From: an uncultured Clostridia bacterium
GTDB lineage: Bacteria > Bacillota > Clostridia > Christensenellales > CAG-314
Reading direction: 5' to 3'
DNA length: 64,000 bases
Assembly (NCBI GenBank): GCA_947586855.1
Contig: CANPXV010000008.1
Span: 8,872 to 72,871, forward strand
Made by a program: the position numbers and the translations under genes. Positions 56,357 through 64,000 of this stretch are shown piece by piece (position 1 is the stretch's first letter; every line of letters begins with the position of its first letter). The notes beneath the pieces are model-generated. The model saw nothing but the letters and a program-made list of their open reading frames with translations. It did no database searches and had not been told where the DNA came from.

Positions 56357-57254
56357 TAAAAAACTGTTTTTTTCATAATGTCCTCCATAAATCAATAATA
56401 TCATAGTCACCTATTTATGTCAATATATTGGTTTTTTGGCAGTTTCGTACTTTTCTCTGGTCAGACATTGATCAACGCTAGTTTTTTTTCACCGATGGCC
56501 CTCGCTCCATCTTTTTCATTTTGGATAGAATTTTCTCTTATATCTTGTTCAGATTCTCATTTGTCCCTTTCTGCCGGGCACAGAACGGAATCTACAAAAA
56601 CATATTGCAGTTTTATGCAGCCCCTCTCCCTCTCCAATTGGCAAACTCACTCCCTCGGCCGCAATATGCTTTTGACGCTTCTTTGAGAAATTCAAATAGA
56701 ATTTTAACAAAATTTCAGATTTAGAAAACTGTCGGAAATTGAATTTTTATTATTGTTTTGGCGTGGTGGCACAAGGCTTAGATACGGCTAACTTAGCAAG
56801 ATTTTGGGTTCAAAAAAATTGTGGGCAATCCGATCTTCTATCAACGCTTTTGGGAATGCCGGCAAAAAGCTTGGTTACGGAGAGTCGGGCAAAAATTTTA
56901 CAACTGGTTTTAGTTTTAATAGGTAAATCGTAAGTAAGTTGCAGGGCGCAGTGGAGCGAGATGTGGGGGGCTTGCTCTTTCTAAAAAGGTAAAACATTGG
57001 TTATTGCCCGTAAAAAAGATTGATAAATCTTCAAACTTTGGCCACACGACCATTTTGCAAAGCTTGATTTAGCGGTTGAGTTATGTCTGACATAGGTGCA
57101 ACCTCGTAATGCAACGGATGTCGCAGTAAATATCCACCGGCTTGGCCGATGGCTTTACAAAAGAGGGTAAAACCCTCTGTTGCGGCTACATAAAATACGT
57201 TGTGGCGTTCGCTTCGCTCGGCTGAACGTGTTTTGTGAGCGCAGCTGTCTTGCG

Positions 57255-57659
57255 TTAGCGAACCGGCCTGTCTTTCGCAAACGGGTCGTTTACCTCAAAT
57301 AGACTCATTTGCTCCATTCGCTTATCTTCGCTAAGTTGGTTCGCTATGTATTCTTTTATCTTTTTCGTATTCTTACCGACTGTGTCGACACAATATCCTC
57401 TACACCAAAACTCTCTGTTTCGGTACTTAAATTTGAGATTTCCGAATTTTTGGTATATTATTACACTCTTTTGCCTTTCAAAAATCCCATAAATCCCGAA
57501 ACGCTCATTTTCGGCGGTATCTTTACACACATGTGACATAATCGGGCACACTTCCGCTACAATTATTTCTACTATTTTCCATATGATTTTTTTTGTTAAA
57601 CGCCCCTCCTTTTTTTCCACGCCAACGAAAATCGTAGGATTTTCGCCAAACAACAGCAC
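57255..57659 (-). pseudogene. tnpA: IS200/IS605-family TnpA (Y1 transposase) pseudogene
   Basis: The C-terminal half is intact (FGNLKFKYRNREFWCRGYCVDTVGKNTKKIKEYIANQL). The conserved block HMCVKIPPKMSVSGFMGFLKGK is readable only in another frame. The first HUH histidine is replaced (CPDY..). Confidence 0.8.
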
Positions 57660-57895
57660 AATTGATTTAGCAGTGAGATATTAGCAGTGTGGCTTAAACA
57701 ATATAACTTGCAAAGAATAAAAACAACAAAAAGCTGGCGGTTTGCAAAGTGTCAAAAAAAAGATTGACAGAGGCACAAAAAGCCCATTATGTAATGTATG
57801 TGAGTGGATGTGGGTGGATCTGGGTGGCGGTTTACAAAACACACCCAAAATCTTAACCGGGAAATGACGGTGGTTTGCAAAGTGTCAAAAAATGA

Positions 57896-57924
57896 TTGAC
57901 AGAAATCCGAAGTCGTACTACAAT
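57896..57924 (+). promoter_or_regulatory. Sigma-A-type promoter of the marR operon, overlapping an inverted repeat
   Basis: TTGACA, a 17-nt spacer, then TACAAT. The -35 element is part of TGTCAAaaaatgaTTGACA. Confidence 0.7.
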
Positions 57925-57956
57925 TAAAATACGAAATAGGATTTTCGGAGTGAAAT

Positions 57957-58415
57957 ATGGACGAACGAACATTTTTTTGCAGGCTGGGGAGGCTCATTTA
58001 TCAAATCGACGGCGCCTACGAGCAGTACGGCAAGGGCTGCAAACTAGGCTCGCCCAACCTGCTGTGGATCCTCTACGCTCTCAACGACGGCGAGCGCCAC
58101 AGCCAAAAGCAGATCTGCGAGGATTGGGACATCCCCCGCAGCACGGCAAACACCATCATCAAGGATTTGGAGAACAAAAACTATGTGGCCCTGTCGCAAA
58201 TCAAGGGAGAGCGACGAGAGCTACTTGTTTCGCTGACGGACAGCGGCAAAAAATATGCCGACGGTATCCTCGGCGACCTCTATAAGCGAGAAAAGGAGGT
58301 TTTTTCGGAGATCGAGCGGCCCAACGAGCTGCTTGATGCACTGCAAAATCTGTCGGCAAAAATACAAAAAATCGCCGCTCTAAAATCGAGTGACGGAAAG
58401 AAAGGCAAAAAGTAA
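57957..58415 (+). CDS. MarR-family transcriptional regulator
   Basis: Winged-HTH block SQKQICEDWDIPRSTANTIIKDLENKNYVAL....GERRELLVSLTDSGK. Confidence 0.85.
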   Translation: MDERTFFCRLGRLIYQIDGAYEQYGKGCKLGSPNLLWILYALNDGERHSQKQICEDWDIPRSTANTIIKDLENKNYVALSQIKGERRELLVSLTDSGKKYADGILGDLYKREKEVFSEIERPNELLDALQNLSAKIQKIAALKSSDGKKGKK

Positions 58416-58792
58416 AGGTAGGTTTCACCCCTTACCTCAATGCCGATATACGGCGAGCGGAATAACGAAATAATTTATCCTAACCCTAACCCGAAAGACC
58501 CTGAACCTATGGGTATAGCAAAACGTGTGCGACACGACAAAAAAGACAATTTCGAAGAAAAACCGTTGCCGTGAAAGTACCCGAAAAAATAAGCATAAAA
58601 AAAAAGAAACGCATCCACAAGAGGCATTACCCTCTCGCAATGTCCGCCTTTACGGCTTCTTGCGTTTCGTATAGATATTTTAACACGAAAAATTGCAAAA
58701 ATCAACGGATTTTAAACGGTCCATTCCCGCTATATGACAGATGCCTACCAGTTAGGCAAAAACATCAAAAATCAATAAAAGGAGATTTGGAT

Positions 58793-59545
58793 ATGGAAAA
58801 AATCACACAAAATGCCGGCAGAAAGGCGCTGGGCGAGTTCGCCCCCGATTTTGCGCACTTCAACGACGACGTCCTCTTCGGCGAAAATTGGAACAACCCC
58901 GATATCGACCACAAAACACGCTGCATTGTCACCGTTGTGGCGCTGATGTCGTCGGGCATCACTGATAGTTCGCTGCGCTACCACCTGCAAAACGCCAAAA
59001 ATGCAGGCGTCACCCGATCGGAAATCGCCGCAGTCGTCACGCACGTTGCGTTTTATGCAGGCTGGCCCAAGGCGTGGGCGGTGTTCAACATGGCAAAGGA
59101 CGTCTGGGCGGAAGATGTTGCCGATACGGCAAAGGCGGCGCACGCAAACGCTATGATCTTCCCAATCGGTGCGCCCAACGACGGTTTCCGTCAATATTTC
59201 AGCGGACAAAGCTATCTCGCCCCAATTTCCAAGGGGCAGGTCGGCATTTTCAACGTCACGTTCGAGCCGTCCTGCCGCAACAATTGGCACATCCACCACG
59301 CAACAAAGGGCGGCGGACAAATTCTCATCTGCGTTGCGGGGTGCGGCTGGTATCAGGAGTGGGGCAAAGCGGCCGTCAAAATGCAGCCTGGGGATTGCGT
59401 CAACATCCCCGAGGGCGTCAAGCATTGGCACGGCGCAGCAAAGGACAGCTGGTTCTCTCACCTCGCCATCGAAGTCCCCGGCGAAAACGCCTCAAACGAG
59501 TGGTTGGAGCCTGTTGCGGACGAGGAATACGATAAACTTTCGTGA
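58793..59545 (+). CDS. Carboxymuconolactone decarboxylase-family / cupin fusion protein
   Basis: AGGAGA lies upstream of the ATG at 58793. The CMD part reads HFNDDVLFGENWN..LD.KTR..VTVVAL; the cupin part reads NNWHIHHATKGGGQILIC..G..P.G.KHWHGA. Confidence 0.75.
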   Translation: MEKITQNAGRKALGEFAPDFAHFNDDVLFGENWNNPDIDHKTRCIVTVVALMSSGITDSSLRYHLQNAKNAGVTRSEIAAVVTHVAFYAGWPKAWAVFNMAKDVWAEDVADTAKAAHANAMIFPIGAPNDGFRQYFSGQSYLAPISKGQVGIFNVTFEPSCRNNWHIHHATKGGGQILICVAGCGWYQEWGKAAVKMQPGDCVNIPEGVKHWHGAAKDSWFSHLAIEVPGENASNEWLEPVADEEYDKLS

Positions 59546-59580
59546 GGTCGGCAATGCGCCGATCGCGGCGGCGGTGAAAA

Positions 59581-60138
59581 ATGACAAAATCAAGATATAT
59601 TTTGCTTGTGGTACTGCTTATCTGCCTATGCCTCTTGGCGGCATGTATAGATGATGACGCACCGATCGAGCAACCGAACAAAAGCCCAACTCAACAGCCC
59701 AATGGGCAGCCAAGTAAAGATAATACAGGCTGGCAACCGAGTAGGCAGCCCGACAAGTCGGACGAGGGAACGATGACAGAAAAGATCTATTTTACCATCA
59801 ACCAAAACAAATTTGCCGTCACTTTGGAAAAAAATTCGGCGACGAAAGCACTTGTGGAACTTTTGAAGAGCGGCAACATCACCTACATCGCCGACGACTA
59901 CGGCGGATTTGAAAAGGTAGGCGGTTTGGGACATACACTTCCTCGCAGCGACAGGCAGCTCACCACACAGGCGGGCGACGTGATGTTGTATCTGGGCAAT
60001 CAGATTGTTATGTTTTACGGCAGCAACTCGTGGTCCTACACCAAACTGGGCAAAATCGAGGGCTACTCGACGCAACAACTGCGCACATTACTTGCAGCAG
60101 GCAGCGGCACCGTCACCGTGACAATAAGTTTGGATTGA
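59581..60138 (+). CDS. Lipoprotein with cyclophilin-like fold domain
   Basis: Lipobox LLAAC. The block F.V.L..N..A..L...L....I....YGGFEK.G.L...LP......T...GD..LY.GN.IV.FYG is typical of the cyclophilin-like family. Confidence 0.65.
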   Translation: MTKSRYILLVVLLICLCLLAACIDDDAPIEQPNKSPTQQPNGQPSKDNTGWQPSRQPDKSDEGTMTEKIYFTINQNKFAVTLEKNSATKALVELLKSGNITYIADDYGGFEKVGGLGHTLPRSDRQLTTQAGDVMLYLGNQIVMFYGSNSWSYTKLGKIEGYSTQQLRTLLAAGSGTVTVTISLD

Positions 60139-60384
60139 ACGCTACACCTCACCGATGGGCGGGTAGGGGATAGACAGACAAGACATACGCACAGCCAACT
60201 TGGTGTTTTCTGATAATGTAAATAATATAACTTAAAATGTACAAGAAACAATATTAAAAATCTTTACTTGTACACAAAATGTCAAAATCCAAAATCGCCC
60301 GACGGCGAGTGTTGTCTCGCAAAGGCTGAGATGAAACATGAAAAAGAATATCGGCAACAAATTTGCATTTTATCCCACGCCTGT

Positions 60385-60831
60385 TCAATCCGGGCGCTTG
60401 CAATAAATTCGGGTGTCCTCGCCGTTGATGTCGAGGCGATTTTCACGGTAGCAAAAGCCGTATTTTTCGTAGAGGCCGATGTGGTCCGTGGCCACAAAAA
60501 CTTCGTCGCAGCCCCTTTTCTTGGCGATCCGACAGGCATGGTCTATCAACAATTTGCCGTATCGGTGCCCACGATAGCGTGGCGCCGTGTAGAAAAATCC
60601 CAGCCACGGCGTGAGGGCAGGCTCGGCAACGTAGTCCTGCGCCGACAGCGTCACAAAGGAGACGAGCTCGTCGCCGTCGGTAAGCAAAAACAGCTTTGCC
60701 CAACCGCCCAATACCTCGTCCAGACGACGCTCTTTCAGCAGCTTAGCCAAAAACTGTGCTGCACCCCAATTTTCCGCCTCTATTTGACGGATAAAGCTGT
60801 CATTTTGATAATTAAATTCTGTGATTTTCAT
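60385..60831 (-). CDS. GNAT-family N-acetyltransferase
   Basis: The start is MKITEF at 60831. The acetyl-CoA-binding block is YRGHRYGKLLIDHACRIAKKRG. Confidence 0.8.
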   Translation of the reverse strand: MKITEFNYQNDSFIRQIEAENWGAAQFLAKLLKERRLDEVLGGWAKLFLLTDGDELVSFVTLSAQDYVAEPALTPWLGFFYTAPRYRGHRYGKLLIDHACRIAKKRGCDEVFVATDHIGLYEKYGFCYRENRLDINGEDTRIYCKRPD

Positions 60832-60859
60832 GTTTTCTTTGATTGATTTGTTGTTGATA

Positions 60860-60893
60860 CCACCTCGCCGCACCTCGCCGGTGGGGCGAGCAG
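60860..60893 (+). repeat. Mosaic REP-like units
   Basis: CACCTCGCCGCACCTCGCCGGTGGGGCGAGCAGAGC. Confidence 0.75.
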
Positions 60894-61290
60894 AGCAAAT
60901 CAATCACCCGTCGACGTCGAGTGCTCGTTGATTTATGTAAGAATTGCTTTTGTGCAGATATTTTTTATTGATTGTTTTGCAACGAGTTTTTCGCAGTTTT
61001 CTTTGAAACCGCTTGACAATGTGCCTTGTCTGCGAATGTAATTTGTTGCTACGCCTTTTGTGTGGGTGAGTGCAACTAAATTACAATCTTTTTAATATAT
61101 GAGACCTACTTTTGATAAAGCAGGTCTCTATTTTCGATTGTATATTGCAAGATTGTGCGAGAAATAATGATACGCAGAGGCAATCAAAACATCAAACCAT
61201 GGGCTTTCGTCTATCCATACCGCACAATCACAGTTCTGCACTGTTATAAAATTCCCGAACAGGGCGGCGCCTTTTTTTTTGTTGTTTTAC

Positions 61291-61356
61291 CTACTTGCCT
61301 CACCGGCGAGGTGGCCCCACCGGCGAGGTGCGGCGAGGTGGCCCAACATGCGAGGT
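61291..61356 (-). repeat. Mosaic REP-like units (reverse orientation)
   Basis: CTACTTGCCTCACCGGCGAGGTGGCCCCACCGGCGAGGTGCGGCGAGGTGGCCC. Confidence 0.75.
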
Positions 61357-61358
61357 GT

Positions 61359-61643
61359 TCATCTTTCCCTACTTGCCCCGCCGACGAGGCGAAGCAAGGT
61401 ATAGTCGAGGGAGATTTGCAGTGCGTCGCTGTCGTCGCTTTGCGCAAGGCGTTTTTGCACTCGTTCAAAGTCCGCAGTTGGCACACTGTCAATTTCGCCG
61501 TCCAGCAGCTGTCTTACGTAGACGGCCAAAGCGTCCACTGACGCAAAAATATCCGCATAGTCACTGCCCAGCACGCCCTTTATGTTGCGGCCAAGCAACT
61601 CCTCAACAAATTTGCGCTCGTCTTGCGAAAGCTCCACCTTCAT
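61359..61643 (-). CDS. Hypothetical small protein downstream of dnaN
   Basis: 94-aa ORF starting 15 nt after the dnaN stop on the same strand. I recognise no motif. Its stop codon lies 2 nt from the adjacent REP copy (61291-61356), so the annotated repeat does not overlap the CDS and I cannot show that the last codons are repeat-derived. Confidence 0.45.
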   Translation of the reverse strand: MKVELSQDERKFVEELLGRNIKGVLGSDYADIFASVDALAVYVRQLLDGEIDSVPTADFERVQKRLAQSDDSDALQISLDYTLLRLVGGASRER

Positions 61644-61658
61644 TTTGCCCGCTTGCGC

Positions 61659-62765
61659 CTAAACGATCTGTTTTACGGGCAGGATAAAGTACAGCACCTC
61701 GTCGCTATCCTTGATAGTGATAACGCAGCTGTTGTGTTGGGCAAACTCCATCTTGATGGTCTCGGCGGAGATAACTTTGAGGCAGTCATTGATGTATTTG
61801 CTGTTGTATGCGCACCTCACGTCCTTGCCCGTCAGCGATATGGTGATATTTTCCTTGGCGGTGCCGTATTGGCTGGTGGAGGAGATGTTCATGTTGTACT
61901 CTTCGATGTCCAGCACCACAAGGTTGTTCTTTTCACTGCGAGACATGATGGACGCCGTGCTAAGCGCTTTTTCAAAGGTCTCCTTGTTGACGTACAGCGT
62001 GGTCAAAAAGTCTCTCGGCACAATGTTGTCGTACTTGATGTATTGTCCCGCCAGCAAACGGGTAAGCAGCCGAGTGTTTTCCAGACATATCATCAGGTAG
62101 TTGTTTTCGATGTACACTTTCAGCACATTGTCGCTGTCGCCCAGCAGCTTGGATAGTTCGGACAGGCTGCGGGAGGGGATGGTGGCGGAAATGTAGTCCA
62201 CACGCTCTTCCAGCACCTTTTTGCTCATGGCAAAGCGGTAGCCGTCGGTGGCAACGGCGGATAGAGTGTACTCCTTGGCCTCAAAAAACACGCCTTTCAG
62301 CATGGGGCGGCTGTCGTCGGTGGCCACGGAGAATATCACGTTGTTGATGATGTCCTTCAAGTTGGTCTCGGTCACGGCAAAATAGTTGCTGTTGCCGATA
62401 TTTTCCGTCTCGGGGTAGTCCTCCACATCCAGCGTGCCGATGTTGCACTCGCTGTTGGCCGAGCTTACCAGCAGGCGGTTTTCGTCCGTCATTTCCAGCG
62501 AGATGTCGCTGCCGTTTTCGGCTATATTGCGGATGTAGTCGCCAAAAATGCGCCCCGGCACCAAAAAGGAGCCGCCCACGATCACATTGGCGTCTATTGT
62601 GCGCTCTATGGCAAGGTCCTTGTCGGTGGCGTACAGCGTCAGGCGGTCGTTTTCCGCAGTGACTTTGATACATTCCAGCACGGGCGCAACTTCCTTGTTG
62701 GCAAGCGCCTTGGATACCTTGCTTACGGCGTCGTTGAGATCTAAGCTGTTTACAATGATTTTCAT
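61659..62765 (-). CDS. dnaN: DNA polymerase III beta subunit (sliding clamp)
   Basis: 368 aa starting at the ATG at 62765 (GGAGAAACC upstream). Three-domain pattern: MKIIVNSLDLNDAVSKVSKA...LECIKV..., LTLYATD...A, LLAGQYIKYDNIVP. Confidence 0.9.
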   Translation of the reverse strand: MKIIVNSLDLNDAVSKVSKALANKEVAPVLECIKVTAENDRLTLYATDKDLAIERTIDANVIVGGSFLVPGRIFGDYIRNIAENGSDISLEMTDENRLLVSSANSECNIGTLDVEDYPETENIGNSNYFAVTETNLKDIINNVIFSVATDDSRPMLKGVFFEAKEYTLSAVATDGYRFAMSKKVLEERVDYISATIPSRSLSELSKLLGDSDNVLKVYIENNYLMICLENTRLLTRLLAGQYIKYDNIVPRDFLTTLYVNKETFEKALSTASIMSRSEKNNLVVLDIEEYNMNISSTSQYGTAKENITISLTGKDVRCAYNSKYINDCLKVISAETIKMEFAQHNSCVITIKDSDEVLYFILPVKQIV

Positions 62766-62795
62766 GGTTTCTCCTTTTCCGCTGTGCGGATACAC

Positions 62796-62992
62796 TGTGG
62801 ATATCCCTTCTTCGGGTAGTAGTGTTGTTGGGCGATGTGAAATTGTGTATTTGTGGCCGATAACGGTGTCTTCCAACAAGATTTTGTGGCGCAAACGGGC
62901 GTTTTGCCCAACATGTTGTGTTATGCCACAAATAATTTGTGTGGACATCTCGCCCCAAAATCCCCGACAAAAAGTGTATCGATTGTGGACAA
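62796..62992 (+). promoter_or_regulatory. Cluster of DnaA-box-like 9-mers upstream of dnaN (candidate oriC segment)
   Basis: TGTGGATAT (62796), TGTGGACAT (62940) and TGTGGACAA (62984), compared with the consensus TGTGGATAA. Weaker TGTGGCCGA/TGTGGCGCA sites are also present. An AT-rich tract lies at 63050-63105. Confidence 0.45.
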
Positions 62993-63157
62993 GCCCTTTT
63001 GGGGCAGTTTTGCGCCGCCGTCGGATACGCTTTTGCAAAGCCCTATACGCTACAATTATACTATATATTACTTCAAATTGCAAGATATAAAACAACATTT
63101 CCGTATGTCACTGCCAATTTGGAGTAAACAAGCGGCGGCCGCAAACAAAGTTCACTC

Positions 63158-63186
63158 TTGACAAGCGGCGGCATTGCATTTATAAT
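63158..63186 (+). promoter_or_regulatory. Sigma-A-type promoter of deoD
   Basis: TTGACA, a 17-nt spacer, then TATAAT, 60 nt upstream of the ATG. Confidence 0.7.
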
Positions 63187-63246
63187 GAAAAGTGAGGGAA
63201 AAATATCCCCCACACAACATCACAACCAAAGGAGACAACAAAAATC

Positions 63247-63957
63247 ATGTCAATCCCCACCCCTCACATTGCCGCCAAGGCGGGAGATTTTGCACCTACC
63301 GTACTTATGCCGGGCGATCCGCTGCGCTCCAAGTACATTGCAGATCACTATCTGGATAACGCCGTGCTTGTAAACAACGTGCGCGGAGTGCAGGGCTACA
63401 CAGGCTACTACAAGGGCAAACGTGTATCCGTCATGGCCAGCGGAATGGGCATCCCGTCCATCGGCATTTACAGCTACGAGCTGTTCAACTTCTACGACGT
63501 GCAAAACATCATTCGTATCGGCTCGGCCGGTGCCATCCATCCCGACCTCAAAGTGCGTGATCTGGTGTTTGGGCAAGGCTCCTGCACCAACAGCGACTAC
63601 GCCCGTCAATTTGGCATGCCGGGCACCTTGGCGCCCATTTGCAGCTACGACCTGCTGGAAAAGGCCGTCGCCAAGGCCAAAGAGCTGGGCTTCCGCTACA
63701 AAGTGGGCAACGTGCTTGCCAGCGACACCTTCTACGACGACGGCGGCAGCAGCGCTGTCTGGGGCAAAATGGGTGTGCTTGCCGTGGAAATGGAAAGCGC
63801 CGCCCTCTACCTCAACGCCGCCAGAGCCGGCAAAAACGCATTGTGCATTTGCACCATATCCGACCACCTGCTGACGGGCGACGTGCTGTCCAGCGAGGAA
63901 CGTCAAAACTCCTTCAACGACATGATGGTGCTTGCGCTGGAAATCGCCCCTTGCTGA
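63247..63957 (+). CDS. deoD: Purine nucleoside phosphorylase, DeoD type
   Basis: TPHI.A..GDFA..VLMPGDPLR.KYIA, GMGIPS and VEMESAAL blocks are colinear with E. coli DeoD. Confidence 0.92.
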   Translation: MSIPTPHIAAKAGDFAPTVLMPGDPLRSKYIADHYLDNAVLVNNVRGVQGYTGYYKGKRVSVMASGMGIPSIGIYSYELFNFYDVQNIIRIGSAGAIHPDLKVRDLVFGQGSCTNSDYARQFGMPGTLAPICSYDLLEKAVAKAKELGFRYKVGNVLASDTFYDDGGSSAVWGKMGVLAVEMESAALYLNAARAGKNALCICTISDHLLTGDVLSSEERQNSFNDMMVLALEIAPC

Positions 63958-64000
63958 GTTTTGCCACCCCATATGCGCAAAACGGAGTATTTTTTCACCT

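Overview
Chromosomal window from a GC-rich (mid-50s % by eye, not computed) spore-forming Firmicute. The Clostridia-like assignment is inferred from yyaC, the rpmH-rnpA-yidD-yidC-jag operon, paired DegV genes and BspA-type LRR lipoproteins. I support about 50 protein genes, mostly housekeeping or metabolic: tandem nrnA-like genes plus surE, a surface 5'-nucleotidase, mscL, pyk, psuG, nrdG, two degV, a yhaO/yhaN-split transketolase-glpK operon, an AraC/AKR/epimerase/ferredoxin cluster, ftsH, rubrerythrin, the rpmH operon, dnaN and deoD. There are also two very large LRR surface lipoproteins and two single tRNA-Pro genes. Most long ORFs in the track that lie antisense to these genes are GC-driven artefacts. 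Six things are not explained by the gene list. (1) A dense mosaic intergenic repeat family has at least 16 copies: CACCTCGCCGGTGRGGC units joined to a conserved terminator hairpin, with further optional modules. In places it supplies the C-termini of proteins, and it forms about 350-440 bp inverted arms around a PH-domain gene. (2) Elements bounded by inverted copies of the tRNA-Pro 3' end are stacked downstream of both tRNA-Pro genes. (3) The rpmH-to-dnaN interval has no dnaA. Instead it holds a low-GC patchwork that includes a gene desert of about 3.7 kb with mirrored strand-composition skew, three copies of a 14-bp palindrome, roughly 143-bp tandem repeats, a 28/29-bp iteron array, a truncated holin-like gene and a frameshifted IS200 tnpA. 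(4) A DnaA-box cluster sits upstream of dnaN. (5) A G9 tract forms the spacer of a consensus promoter for one LRR lipoprotein. (6) AT-rich islands look like transition-decayed copies of GC-rich repeat modules. No CRISPR array, rRNA, intact transposase or recognisable defence operon was seen. All functional calls rest on motif recognition by eye, since no database search was possible.
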